From Bacteroidales bacterium (GTDB lineage Bacteria; Bacteroidota; Bacteroidia; Bacteroidales; UBA3663), in NCBI GenBank assembly GCA_045598885.1, contig JAZRVB010000139.1, forward strand, positions 14,961 to 78,960: 64,000 bases of DNA, given 5' to 3'. The notes beneath the pieces are model-generated. The model had not been told where the DNA came from. It did not search any database and saw only the letters and a list, made by a program, of their open reading frames with translations. Shown piece by piece: positions 27,561-35,937 of this stretch (position 1 is its first letter; each line of letters starts with the position of its first letter). The position numbers and the translations under genes are program-made.

Positions 27561-28553
27561 TTATTGGTTCTGCTGTGCTGCAGCTGGAGCAGCGGCAGGA
27601 GCAGCCTGCTGTGCTACTGGGGTAGCCTCAGCAGCGGCCTTGGCAGCGGCAGCAGCCTCTGCGGCAGCCTTCTTCTCAGCTTCCTTCTTAGCCTTGAGCT
27701 TGTCGACTACAACCTGGACAGCTGGAGTGCAGTGGATAGCACCTGTTGGGCACTCGCTTACGCACATGCCACAAGCCTTACACTTCTCTACGTCGATGTA
27801 AGCCACATTGTTCTCAACGGTGATAGCCTCGAACTTACAGGTCTTCTGGCACTTACCACAACCGATACAAGCGCTGGCACAAGCCTTACGAGCCGCAGCA
27901 CCCTTGTCCTTGTTGATACAAGATACCCAGACACGCTTAGGCTGGTTAGACTTCATTGAGGTCTTCTTGCGGAGCTCAAGCACGATCTTAGGACATGCCT
28001 TCGTACAAGCACCACAAGCCACACACTTGTCTTCGTCGACCTCAGGAAGGCCAGTCTCAGTGTTCATGTGGATAGCATCGAAGGTACAAGCCTTCACACA
28101 GTCACCCAGTCCGAGACAGCCGAATGCGCAACCAGTCTCGCCAGCGAAAGTAGCAGCAGCTACAGCACAAGACTTAGCGCCATCGTAGCTGGCAGTCTTA
28201 GGGCGGCAAGCAATGCTACCATTACAACGAACCACAGCGACCTTTGGTTCAGCAGCACCAGCCTCTACACCGAGGACACCAGCCACCTTAGCCATGCAGT
28301 CAGCGCCACCTACAGGACAGAGCAGGCTACCCAGCGAATTGCTGGCATCCTTCTCCTTCACGCAGGCATCGGCCATACCGTGGCAACCAGGGAAGCCACA
28401 GCCACCGCAGTTAGCGCCTGGCAGCAACTCCTCTACCTGACCCACTCGTGGATCTTCGAAGACATAGAACTTCTTGGCCACAAAATAAAGGACCAAAGAG
28501 CCAATGACTCCAATCGCACCAAGTACGATAAGAGAAACTAAAATTAAATTCAT
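27561..28553 (-). CDS. rnfB: Rnf electron transport complex subunit B (polyferredoxin-type)
   Basis: N-terminal TM helix. Cys clusters CGGCGFPGC, CVACGACTKACP, CIGCGKCQKTC and CKACGMCVSECP. A C-terminal tail of about 50 aa is rich in Ala, Lys, Pro and Gln. Confidence 0.9.
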   Translation of the reverse strand: MNLILVSLIVLGAIGVIGSLVLYFVAKKFYVFEDPRVGQVEELLPGANCGGCGFPGCHGMADACVKEKDASNSLGSLLCPVGGADCMAKVAGVLGVEAGAAEPKVAVVRCNGSIACRPKTASYDGAKSCAVAAATFAGETGCAFGCLGLGDCVKACTFDAIHMNTETGLPEVDEDKCVACGACTKACPKIVLELRKKTSMKSNQPKRVWVSCINKDKGAAARKACASACIGCGKCQKTCKFEAITVENNVAYIDVEKCKACGMCVSECPTGAIHCTPAVQVVVDKLKAKKEAEKKAAAEAAAAAKAAAEATPVAQQAAPAAAPAAAQQNQ

Positions 28554-28588
28554 AATGTTATAATATTATTTAGTTGTTGATAATTTCT

Positions 28589-28682
28589 CAGTTAGGAGTG
28601 AGGAGATAGGTGTTAGGAGTTATTCCTGCAACGTAAAATAAGCGCGTGAGGGGAAACACTCCAAACTCCTCACTCCTCACTG
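28589..28682. repeat. imperfect hairpin element in the rseC-rnfB spacer (AGGAGTGAGGAG words)
   Basis: The left arm CAGTTAGGAGTGAGGAG... starts at 28589 and the right arm ...CTCCTCACTCCTCACTG ends at 28682. The first 17 bp pair with 1 mismatch. The loop contains AGCGCGTGAGGGG. Confidence 0.65.
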
Positions 28683-28683
28683 T

Positions 28684-29091
28684 TTACGATCGTGCGATCG
28701 TAAACACCACCTTTCGATTGAGCTTGTCCCTTTGAGCAAAAAGTACCAGATAATAGACCGCCAGTACACCGAGCGTAATCAGGCAAGCCATCATCTCCCC
28801 GACAAGAGGGACAGCCACAAAAAGCGCGATGAAAGCCAGTACCAACGGTACCATAAACGCCAGCACCACGGCCGACCAGGCCATCTCATTGCTCACAATG
28901 ATATTGACTTTCTCCCCTACACTATACTCCACACCCTGACTATCGGCCACAACGATCTTCTCCGCCTGGTCCTGACTAGAGCAGATGCCCTTAGCATGAC
29001 ATCCGGAACATGCGGAATTCTGAATAAAGCAAACAGTCACTTGTCGGCCGTCGACTTTCACAACGCGGCCATCATGTGTAATATTTTTCAT
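28684..29091 (-). CDS. rseC: RseC/MucC (SoxR-reducing system) family protein, first gene of the Rnf operon
   Basis: 135 aa. N-terminal Cys motif CSGCHAKGIC followed by two TM helices. The position upstream of rnfB is typical. Confidence 0.8.
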   Translation of the reverse strand: MKNITHDGRVVKVDGRQVTVCFIQNSACSGCHAKGICSSQDQAEKIVVADSQGVEYSVGEKVNIIVSNEMAWSAVVLAFMVPLVLAFIALFVAVPLVGEMMACLITLGVLAVYYLVLFAQRDKLNRKVVFTIARS

Positions 29092-29135
29092 CTATAAGAT
29101 TACTTGCGGGATAAGGAAGCGCTTTAAAATTGCTG

Positions 29136-29143
29136 CAAATTTA
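29136..29143 (-). promoter_or_regulatory. candidate -7 box for the rseC-rnf operon
   Basis: The minus strand reads TAAATTTG (TAnnTTTG) 44 nt upstream of the rseC ATG at 29091. No convincing -33 TTTG at the expected spacing. Confidence 0.3.
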
Positions 29144-29300
29144 ATAATTTTTGTCGAGATAATGGTATCTTTGGGCACAAAAAATGCTTTTTTATGTTAT
29201 AGACCTATAAAAAATGTGGGATTTGTACCCAAAAGTGAGGATTTTTTACTACTTTTGCATCCCAGAAAAGATAAAAACAAGGTCTCTTCTGAGAATTTAG

Positions 29301-30296
29301 ATGCTAAAAAAACTCATAATATCCGGACTTGCGCTGACCACCGTGTGCTGTAGCTGCAGCAAGTCTGCTACAACTTCAAGCAACTCAGAATCCACACCAT
29401 CGACGGCCACTAAAGCGGTCTCACAACCTCAGTTCTGTGCCGACTCTGCGATGCTCTATGTCAAGCAGCAGCTCGACTTCGGGCCTCGCGTCCCGGGCAC
29501 TGAGGCGCAGCAGCAATGCGGCACATGGCTTGAGAGCGAGCTCGTCCGTCATGGTGCCAGCGTGAAAGTGCAGCGTACCGAAGCCACATCCTACGATGGC
29601 AAGAAACTGCCGGTCATCAATATCGTCGGCAGCTATAATCCGGATGCCAAGATGCGCGTCCTCCTCATCAGTCACTGGGACTGCCGCCATGTGGCCGACA
29701 ACGATCCAGATCCGGCCAAGCGTCAGCATCCGGTCGACGGAGCCAACGATGGAGCCAGCGGCGTAGGTGTCCTGCTCGAACTGGCTCGCCTGGCTAGTCA
29801 GAAACAGCCAGTGATGGGTATCGACATCTTCCTGACCGACGTCGAGGACTATGGTGCTCCTGACGACTGGAAGGGTTCGCACGACGAGAAGTGGTGGGGC
29901 ATGGGAACACAGCTCTGGTGCAAGCAGGCCATTCAGGAAGGCTACCGCGCTCAGTATGGCATCCTGCTCGACATGGTAGGTGCTCCAGATGCCACCTTCT
30001 ATCGCGAATACTACAGCGACCGGTACGCATCGACCTACGTCGATCAGATCTGGCGCACCGCTGCTGACCTCGGCTACAAGAACCTCTTCATCAACCAGCG
30101 AGGCGGCGGCATCACCGACGACCATGTCTTCGTCAACCAGATTCTCGGCCTCCCTACCGTCGATATTATCGACACCCGCATGGACACCGATGGCACTTTC
30201 TACCCTTACTGGCATACGACGGGCGATACACTCGACAAGCTCTCGGCAGAGACCCTGCAGAAGGTGGGTAACTTATTAGTAAAATTATTATGGTAA
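29301..30296 (+). CDS. M28-family zinc peptidase fold lipoprotein, glutaminyl-peptide cyclotransferase-like
   Basis: Lipoprotein signal (TTVCCSC|SKS). Metal-binding region ISHWDCRH..DGANDGASGVGVLLELAR. Its size (331 aa) and architecture resemble the Bacteroidota type II glutaminyl cyclase. Peptidase versus cyclase activity cannot be decided from sequence alone. Confidence 0.7.
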   Translation: MLKKLIISGLALTTVCCSCSKSATTSSNSESTPSTATKAVSQPQFCADSAMLYVKQQLDFGPRVPGTEAQQQCGTWLESELVRHGASVKVQRTEATSYDGKKLPVINIVGSYNPDAKMRVLLISHWDCRHVADNDPDPAKRQHPVDGANDGASGVGVLLELARLASQKQPVMGIDIFLTDVEDYGAPDDWKGSHDEKWWGMGTQLWCKQAIQEGYRAQYGILLDMVGAPDATFYREYYSDRYASTYVDQIWRTAADLGYKNLFINQRGGGITDDHVFVNQILGLPTVDIIDTRMDTDGTFYPYWHTTGDTLDKLSAETLQKVGNLLVKLLW

Positions 30297-30721
30297 ATTC
30301 TATCAACGACATTCAGGACCAGATCATCGACGACTTCTCAGCCTTCGACGACTGGATGGACAAATATCAGATGATCATCGAGATGGGCAACAGCCTTGAG
30401 CCGCTCGACGAGAAGTACAAAACCCCACAGAACCTCATCGAGGGTTGCCAGAGCCGCGTATGGCTGCAGGCCGACTATGACGAGGAGACCCAAACCATCC
30501 ACTTCACTGGCGACAGCGACGCGGTCATCGTCAAAGGTCTCGTCAGCTTGGTCATCCAGGTACTCAGCGACCACACCCCGGATGAGATCCTTGCATCCGA
30601 CCTCTACTTCATCGAGCAGATCGGACTCAAGGAGAACCTCTCTCCTACCCGTTCTAACGGATTCCTGTCGATGATTAAGCAGATGCGTATCTATGCACTG
30701 GCATTCAAGGCCAAAGGATAA
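30290..30721 (+). CDS. sufE: SufE-like cysteine desulfuration (sulfur acceptor) protein
   Basis: 143 aa. Conserved EGCQSRVW motif carrying the acceptor Cys. Overlaps the preceding gene by 7 bp. Confidence 0.85.
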   Translation: MVNSINDIQDQIIDDFSAFDDWMDKYQMIIEMGNSLEPLDEKYKTPQNLIEGCQSRVWLQADYDEETQTIHFTGDSDAVIVKGLVSLVIQVLSDHTPDEILASDLYFIEQIGLKENLSPTRSNGFLSMIKQMRIYALAFKAKG

Positions 30722-30746
30722 GTATAAATTCTTTTTTCAAAAAAAT

Positions 30747-31364
30747 ATGAATCGTATCTTTCTCATGCTGGCACTCGCCCTTGGCGTCGTAGCCACCACA
30801 CAAGCGCAGATCACTGCACCTATTGAAACAGAGACTCCCGCAGGCGTAGATCCGAACGCCAAGTACCTCGCCCCTATCCCAGAAGAGAATGGCATGGTAT
30901 ATCTGGTACGCGAACTCGAACTGCCACAGGACATCAAAGCCGACGAAACCTTTGAGAAGATGAAGGCATGGGTCGATCGTTGCATGAAAGACAAGCGTAT
31001 CATCAGCAGCCAGGACCTTCAGCCAGAAGAGCCATATACCGTGCAGATGATGGTTCGTCAGGAGATCATCTTCTCGTCAAGCATGTTTGCGACCGACAAG
31101 TGCGAGTATCACTACGTCCTCGATCTCTCGCTCCAGGCAAACAAACTCGTCCTGAAGATGCGTCGCATCAACTTCCGTTACAATGGCGACAATCCGGATC
31201 GAAAGATGCTCCGTCGCGCTGGCGAAGACTATATCTCAGACCGCGTAGCACTCAACAAGAAGAAGGACAAGCTGATCTTCGGCTATCGCAAGTTCCGCAT
31301 CAACACCATCGACCTCATGGATGAGTATGCAGCGTCGCTCAAGACAGCCTTCCTGAGCAAGTAA
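30747..31364 (+). CDS. secreted protein of unknown function
   Basis: The ATG at 30747 gives MNRIFLMLALALGVVATTQAQ, a type I signal peptide. 205 aa. It possibly resembles DUF4468 proteins, but this was not verified. Confidence 0.6.
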   Translation: MNRIFLMLALALGVVATTQAQITAPIETETPAGVDPNAKYLAPIPEENGMVYLVRELELPQDIKADETFEKMKAWVDRCMKDKRIISSQDLQPEEPYTVQMMVRQEIIFSSSMFATDKCEYHYVLDLSLQANKLVLKMRRINFRYNGDNPDRKMLRRAGEDYISDRVALNKKKDKLIFGYRKFRINTIDLMDEYAASLKTAFLSK

Positions 31365-31386
31365 TCTGTAATCAGTATTCCTCCCA

Positions 31387-32337
31387 ATGTGGATTATCCT
31401 CGCATTCATCTCAGCCATGCTGCTGGGATGCTATGACGTCTGCAAAAAGGTATCGTTAAAAGACAACGCGGTCATTCCCGTCCTGTTGCTCAATACCGTA
31501 TTCTGCTCGCTCATCTTCCTGCCACTGGTCGTCTTCTCGGCCACTGGCAGCATCGATGCGGGCAGTTTGCTGTATATCCCTCCTATCGAAGACGCCACTA
31601 TACATATATATATTATAGCCAAGTCGGCCATCGTGCTGGCATCGTGGATCTGCGCGTACTACGGCTTGAAACACCTGCCTCTGACCATCGCTTCGCCAAT
31701 CAATGCCACTCGTCCGATTCTCGTCCTGCTCGGCGCCATCTTCATCTTCGGCGAACAACTCAACGCCTGGCAGTGGGCCGGTGTCCTCATCTCCATCCTC
31801 GCTTTCGCGATGATCAGTCGCAGTGGCAAGAAGGAAGGTATCTCGCTCAAGAGCAGCATCTGGATCTGGATGGTCATCGCCGGCACTATCTTCGGTGCGA
31901 TCTCGGGCCTCTACGACAAGTTCCTGGTGGGCGATCCAGAAAATGGCCAGGGTCTTTTCGGACTCTGGCCAAACCGTGGTTTCAATAAGATGATCATCCA
32001 GTCGTGGTATAACTTCTACCAGGTACTGATGATGGGTATCGTCTGCCTCATCTGCTGGGCGCCAGCGCGTCACCGCCACAAGCACCCATTCCACTGGAAG
32101 TGGCAGATCCCACTGATCTCCATCTTCCTCTCCGTGGCCGACTTCTGTTATTTCTACGCGCTCTCCTACCCCGACGCGCTCATCTCAGTCACCTCACTCG
32201 TCCGCCGCTCCAGCGTCCTCGTGAGCTTCCTCTGTGGCTGGATCCTCTTCAAAGAGAAGAACATCAAATCCAAAGCCATCGATCTCCTCTTCGTCATCAT
32301 CGCCATGGCGCTGCTGTGGATCGGATCGCAGAAATAA
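31387..32337 (+). CDS. EamA/DMT-superfamily transporter
   Basis: 316 aa with about 10 TM helices in two EamA-like halves. Confidence 0.8.
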   Translation: MWIILAFISAMLLGCYDVCKKVSLKDNAVIPVLLLNTVFCSLIFLPLVVFSATGSIDAGSLLYIPPIEDATIHIYIIAKSAIVLASWICAYYGLKHLPLTIASPINATRPILVLLGAIFIFGEQLNAWQWAGVLISILAFAMISRSGKKEGISLKSSIWIWMVIAGTIFGAISGLYDKFLVGDPENGQGLFGLWPNRGFNKMIIQSWYNFYQVLMMGIVCLICWAPARHRHKHPFHWKWQIPLISIFLSVADFCYFYALSYPDALISVTSLVRRSSVLVSFLCGWILFKEKNIKSKAIDLLFVIIAMALLWIGSQK

Positions 32338-32349
32338 AAAAACAAGGAT

Positions 32350-32390
32350 AAAAGTAAGGGGGTGAACGTTGCGTTCACCCCCTTACTTTT
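32350..32390. terminator. bidirectional intrinsic terminator (perfect 19-bp stem)
   Basis: AAAAGTAAGGGGGTGAACG (32350-32368), loop TTG, then CGTTCACCCCCTTACTTTT (32372-32390). The A-run and T-run flanks suit both convergent genes. It marks the 3' end of the pilin-like locus. Confidence 0.85.
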
Positions 32391-32391
32391 A

Positions 32392-34848
32392 TTATTGAAC
32401 CTTAGGATAGGTAGCTGGAGTATATATGAATTTATGTTCTGCGTTATAATGCTGCTTTAAGAACAGAATCTGCTCTTTGGTGAAATCATGACAATTAGTC
32501 TTCACATTATCCTTATCTTGAGCCACAATGGCATCAAGCCAATAGCCGAATATCTTGATTGCTTCATTCAGGCTGAAGTGATACTCAAACAATTTCCAGA
32601 CATTATCTGATAACAGACCTGTATCGCCAAAAACCAGAGCGGCCAATTGGGGTATTGACTGACCTTCATCTGTAATTTTCAATATATCCTCTATCACCAC
32701 TTGTCTCAAAGTCTTGCCTTGAGACGTATTGTAATCTGTATCATATACAAATACCCTGTCCGAATTGACAAAAGCATTGGATTGCATTACAGAGGTACTA
32801 AGCGGATAGCCAGACTTGTTAGGCTCCAACGTAGGCGTATGAGTAATCAGACTATTGTCAAAATAGCAGCTGAACATGATACTCTTGTTCGTACCATCAG
32901 TTCCATCGCCACGCTTACCGACCGTGGCATGGAGATTAGTACTTCCATCCAATGATGCAATCTCACCGCAATGGTAGCATGCCATAACCGTACCGTTATT
33001 GAATCCGACAAGGCCTCCGATGGTTCCACGGCCTTCTACCTTACCGATGTGAGCACATGCAATGATAAAGCTCTGATTGACACCTACAATACTACCCGTA
33101 TATTGCGCAGACATATCGGTCTCCTTCACGTCACCATCGATATAACAGCCACAGATCAGGCCTTTGTTCTCGTGGGCGACCACGCCACAACCCTGCACCT
33201 CCTTGACATTGCCGAAGTTCAGTTTGTCAATCACCGCATTCTCTCCGATTGTGTAGAAGAAATGCGCTCCATACAAATCATTGATATAGCGGCCACTACC
33301 CAAGAAGAATCCATTGAAAGGATGTGAAGCATCACCCACACCGATCCACGTCACACGCTTGGAGTCCTCTACATTCTTAGTTGGCTGCAAAGTGATATCG
33401 GCATCAAGTTTCACGAACTGATGCTCGAATGCCCTACCATTCTTCACCTCGTAAGCAAACGAAAGCAGCTGATCGGCGGTACAGATTAGGAAAGGATGAG
33501 CGGCCGAACCATCATTACCATAGATATCCACTATCTTACCACTGGTAGCGGTGTAGAGCCATGTAGCATCATCGGCCGTAGCCTTCGCGTCTCCCACAAT
33601 GGTAATTTTTTCACGACCAGTATACGAAAGATAAGTAGAATTCTTTCGAAGCGAACCTTCATCCGGGGAGTCATCATTCTGCCAAGACATGTATTCTGCT
33701 CCTACGGTCATCTTCTCATCCTTGTGGTTGAGGTTGACGTTGATCGAGGTGCAGTAGCCAGGGCGGAACTCCACATCCTTATCGAGTTTCAGAGTAGCTT
33801 TATAGTCTTTCTCCAATCGGGCTTCCTGGTTCGGATCGAGAGGATCAGGATACGACACTTTGAATGTCATTACCACCTCATTCTGCAAACCAGGGGCAAC
33901 GATACCATAAAAGGAGAATGTACGGCCGACACCCGTACCATGATATTCACGCGGCTGCCAGAGCTTCATTGTCTTCTTCTGGTTCCAGGCAGGGGCTTCT
34001 CCTCCCCAATCTGTAAATCCGTTGAGTATCGCCTGATCTCCAGCTTCAAGCGGAGCAGCCTCATATCCCTTATTATCCCATTTATACATGGTCGGCTGAT
34101 CCAGAAGTAACATATCGGTGACCTTGGTCTCAGCATCAGGGTCAGTACCCGTCGAAGAATAACCGGTAATGGTTACCGTCACACGTACGCTGGCCAGTCC
34201 GTGATGAAAGCGGATCCATGCCATCGCATCCTCGTTCTGCATCTCCGTGCTGTAGGTCAGGAGCAAGTCCTCCTTACGAAGCTTCTCGAGGTCATAAGGC
34301 TCAGGACGGTCAGTTCCGAGAGGGGAACTTGTATAGTCAATCATTTCGCTGGCAACCGCCGGATTGCCGATACTGCCATAGTAGACATCTTTCTCTGTGT
34401 CATGATGCCAGTCAAAGCCAGATGCTTCTGCCGTCTTAGCATCCTCATGAGGCAGAATATACCCGATGAAAGTATGCGGCTCAGAGCCATCGCTCCAGAA
34501 GATGTCATTGGTTGGTATCTTACGCTTCCATGACACATCGTCGCCATTGATTTCACTGTCGTAATGCACATTCTGATAACTAAACGTCGGACGGATAGGA
34601 CGCTTAGTACGCTCGATCATGGTAAAAATGATTTCATCGTTCGGCATGAACTTATATTTGCCGATAGAATCGATAAGAGGAGTCACAGCTCGGGTGCTGC
34701 CACCATTATCGATGACAGCATGGATGGCTCGCAGCACCATCGGATCGCAGTATTCGGGATGATTAGCGATTTCCGTCTCATTGGTACATGAAACGAATCC
34801 CAGAAGCAATGCTAATATAATATAATATGTATGTCTCAAACTGTTCAT
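32392..34848 (-). CDS. fimbrillin-like lipoprotein with C-terminal GLUG/beta-helix-like domain (818 aa)
   Basis: Lipobox GFVSC|TNE. STRAV motif with Arg 32 aa after the Cys. Strand motif IRFHHGLASVRVTV. The C-terminal half has PFNGFFLGSGRYINDL, GTIGGLVGFNNGTVMACY and a periodic Cys ladder. Confidence 0.7.
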   Translation of the reverse strand: MNSLRHTYYIILALLLGFVSCTNETEIANHPEYCDPMVLRAIHAVIDNGGSTRAVTPLIDSIGKYKFMPNDEIIFTMIERTKRPIRPTFSYQNVHYDSEINGDDVSWKRKIPTNDIFWSDGSEPHTFIGYILPHEDAKTAEASGFDWHHDTEKDVYYGSIGNPAVASEMIDYTSSPLGTDRPEPYDLEKLRKEDLLLTYSTEMQNEDAMAWIRFHHGLASVRVTVTITGYSSTGTDPDAETKVTDMLLLDQPTMYKWDNKGYEAAPLEAGDQAILNGFTDWGGEAPAWNQKKTMKLWQPREYHGTGVGRTFSFYGIVAPGLQNEVVMTFKVSYPDPLDPNQEARLEKDYKATLKLDKDVEFRPGYCTSINVNLNHKDEKMTVGAEYMSWQNDDSPDEGSLRKNSTYLSYTGREKITIVGDAKATADDATWLYTATSGKIVDIYGNDGSAAHPFLICTADQLLSFAYEVKNGRAFEHQFVKLDADITLQPTKNVEDSKRVTWIGVGDASHPFNGFFLGSGRYINDLYGAHFFYTIGENAVIDKLNFGNVKEVQGCGVVAHENKGLICGCYIDGDVKETDMSAQYTGSIVGVNQSFIIACAHIGKVEGRGTIGGLVGFNNGTVMACYHCGEIASLDGSTNLHATVGKRGDGTDGTNKSIMFSCYFDNSLITHTPTLEPNKSGYPLSTSVMQSNAFVNSDRVFVYDTDYNTSQGKTLRQVVIEDILKITDEGQSIPQLAALVFGDTGLLSDNVWKLFEYHFSLNEAIKIFGYWLDAIVAQDKDNVKTNCHDFTKEQILFLKQHYNAEHKFIYTPATYPKVQ

Positions 34849-34849
34849 A

Positions 34850-35929
34850 TTACAATTTTACCTTTACAGGATAGAGCTCGCCCTCATGAAAATCCTTTCG
34901 TGCAAGCTGCATCATATAGCGTCGTTCGCCGTCGCGTACCCAGATCTGGGCATTTTTAGTCAGGACACAAGGCGGTACAATCATACGGTAGTGGCTGTTA
35001 TCAACCTTATATGCCGTGTATACACCCGTATTTGGTATAATCTCGCTTCCCGTGAACGTCTTGTTGTAAGCCGGATTAGGGTTGCCTGTCATCGGATAGG
35101 CGTACGATCGGTTGGCAGCGTCAACATTTACTCCAATGCCGATCACCTTACCGTTGTGTTCATAGTTGCAGGAACTCTTGTTCTTATAATTGAAGTTGCC
35201 AGCCGAATTGATCTTACTCTTCTCGGCATAATAGTCTCCGATGACAATCTCCTGCTGGTCGATGTCTGGCATTCCTTCGAGAGTAAGAACTGTCTCATTG
35301 CTCAGAGTAGTAGCAGATACGATTTCAAAGGTGATGCAGGCCATCTTGTGCTCGAAGTTGAGATGCACATTCCATGCTCCCGTCTGCATATACTGCTGCG
35401 CCCAAAGCAGGTCAGAGGCCTTATAATGCTCAGGCTTTCGCTGGTCGGCATGGAATACGTGGCAGTACTGCAACACATGGGTATTGTTGGAGGTCTTGAA
35501 ATTCTTCTCCTCGCTCCAGGTCGATGCCATATAGACGTACGGAGTCTGCTGCGCCTCGTAGAAGCCACCTACCTGCGGACTACCGCTGTAGCTGTACGAG
35601 CCAGTGATATCACAATGGTCGTCAGAGGTCAGGTAAGTCCATGCTCCGCCACTTCTCTTCAGCAGGAAGAAGGCGTCGTAGCTGTTTCCCCACGTACTTT
35701 CACCATATTCAGAATTATCGACAAACGGACAGATGATCTTTAGACGTATCCAGTCGCCATCCTCAAAACCTGTACCCTCAAGGTTACTGCGTGTATCGGC
35801 CTCCTCACCGACAAAAGGGGTCACCTCCGAAGTCAGCGTGAACTCATGCACCTCCTGCACGCTCACGTCATCATCAGCGGCACAGGCGGTCAGGAGCGCC
35901 AAGGTCATATATAAATATCTTTGTTTCAT
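34850..35929 (-). CDS. fimbrillin-like lipoprotein, single short module (359 aa)
   Basis: Lipobox LLTAC|AAD. ADTRS motif. Strand motif LNFEHKMACITFEI. 1-nt gap to the next gene. Confidence 0.7.
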   Translation of the reverse strand: MKQRYLYMTLALLTACAADDDVSVQEVHEFTLTSEVTPFVGEEADTRSNLEGTGFEDGDWIRLKIICPFVDNSEYGESTWGNSYDAFFLLKRSGGAWTYLTSDDHCDITGSYSYSGSPQVGGFYEAQQTPYVYMASTWSEEKNFKTSNNTHVLQYCHVFHADQRKPEHYKASDLLWAQQYMQTGAWNVHLNFEHKMACITFEIVSATTLSNETVLTLEGMPDIDQQEIVIGDYYAEKSKINSAGNFNYKNKSSCNYEHNGKVIGIGVNVDAANRSYAYPMTGNPNPAYNKTFTGSEIIPNTGVYTAYKVDNSHYRMIVPPCVLTKNAQIWVRDGERRYMMQLARKDFHEGELYPVKVKL

Positions 35930-35937
35930 CTCAATGA

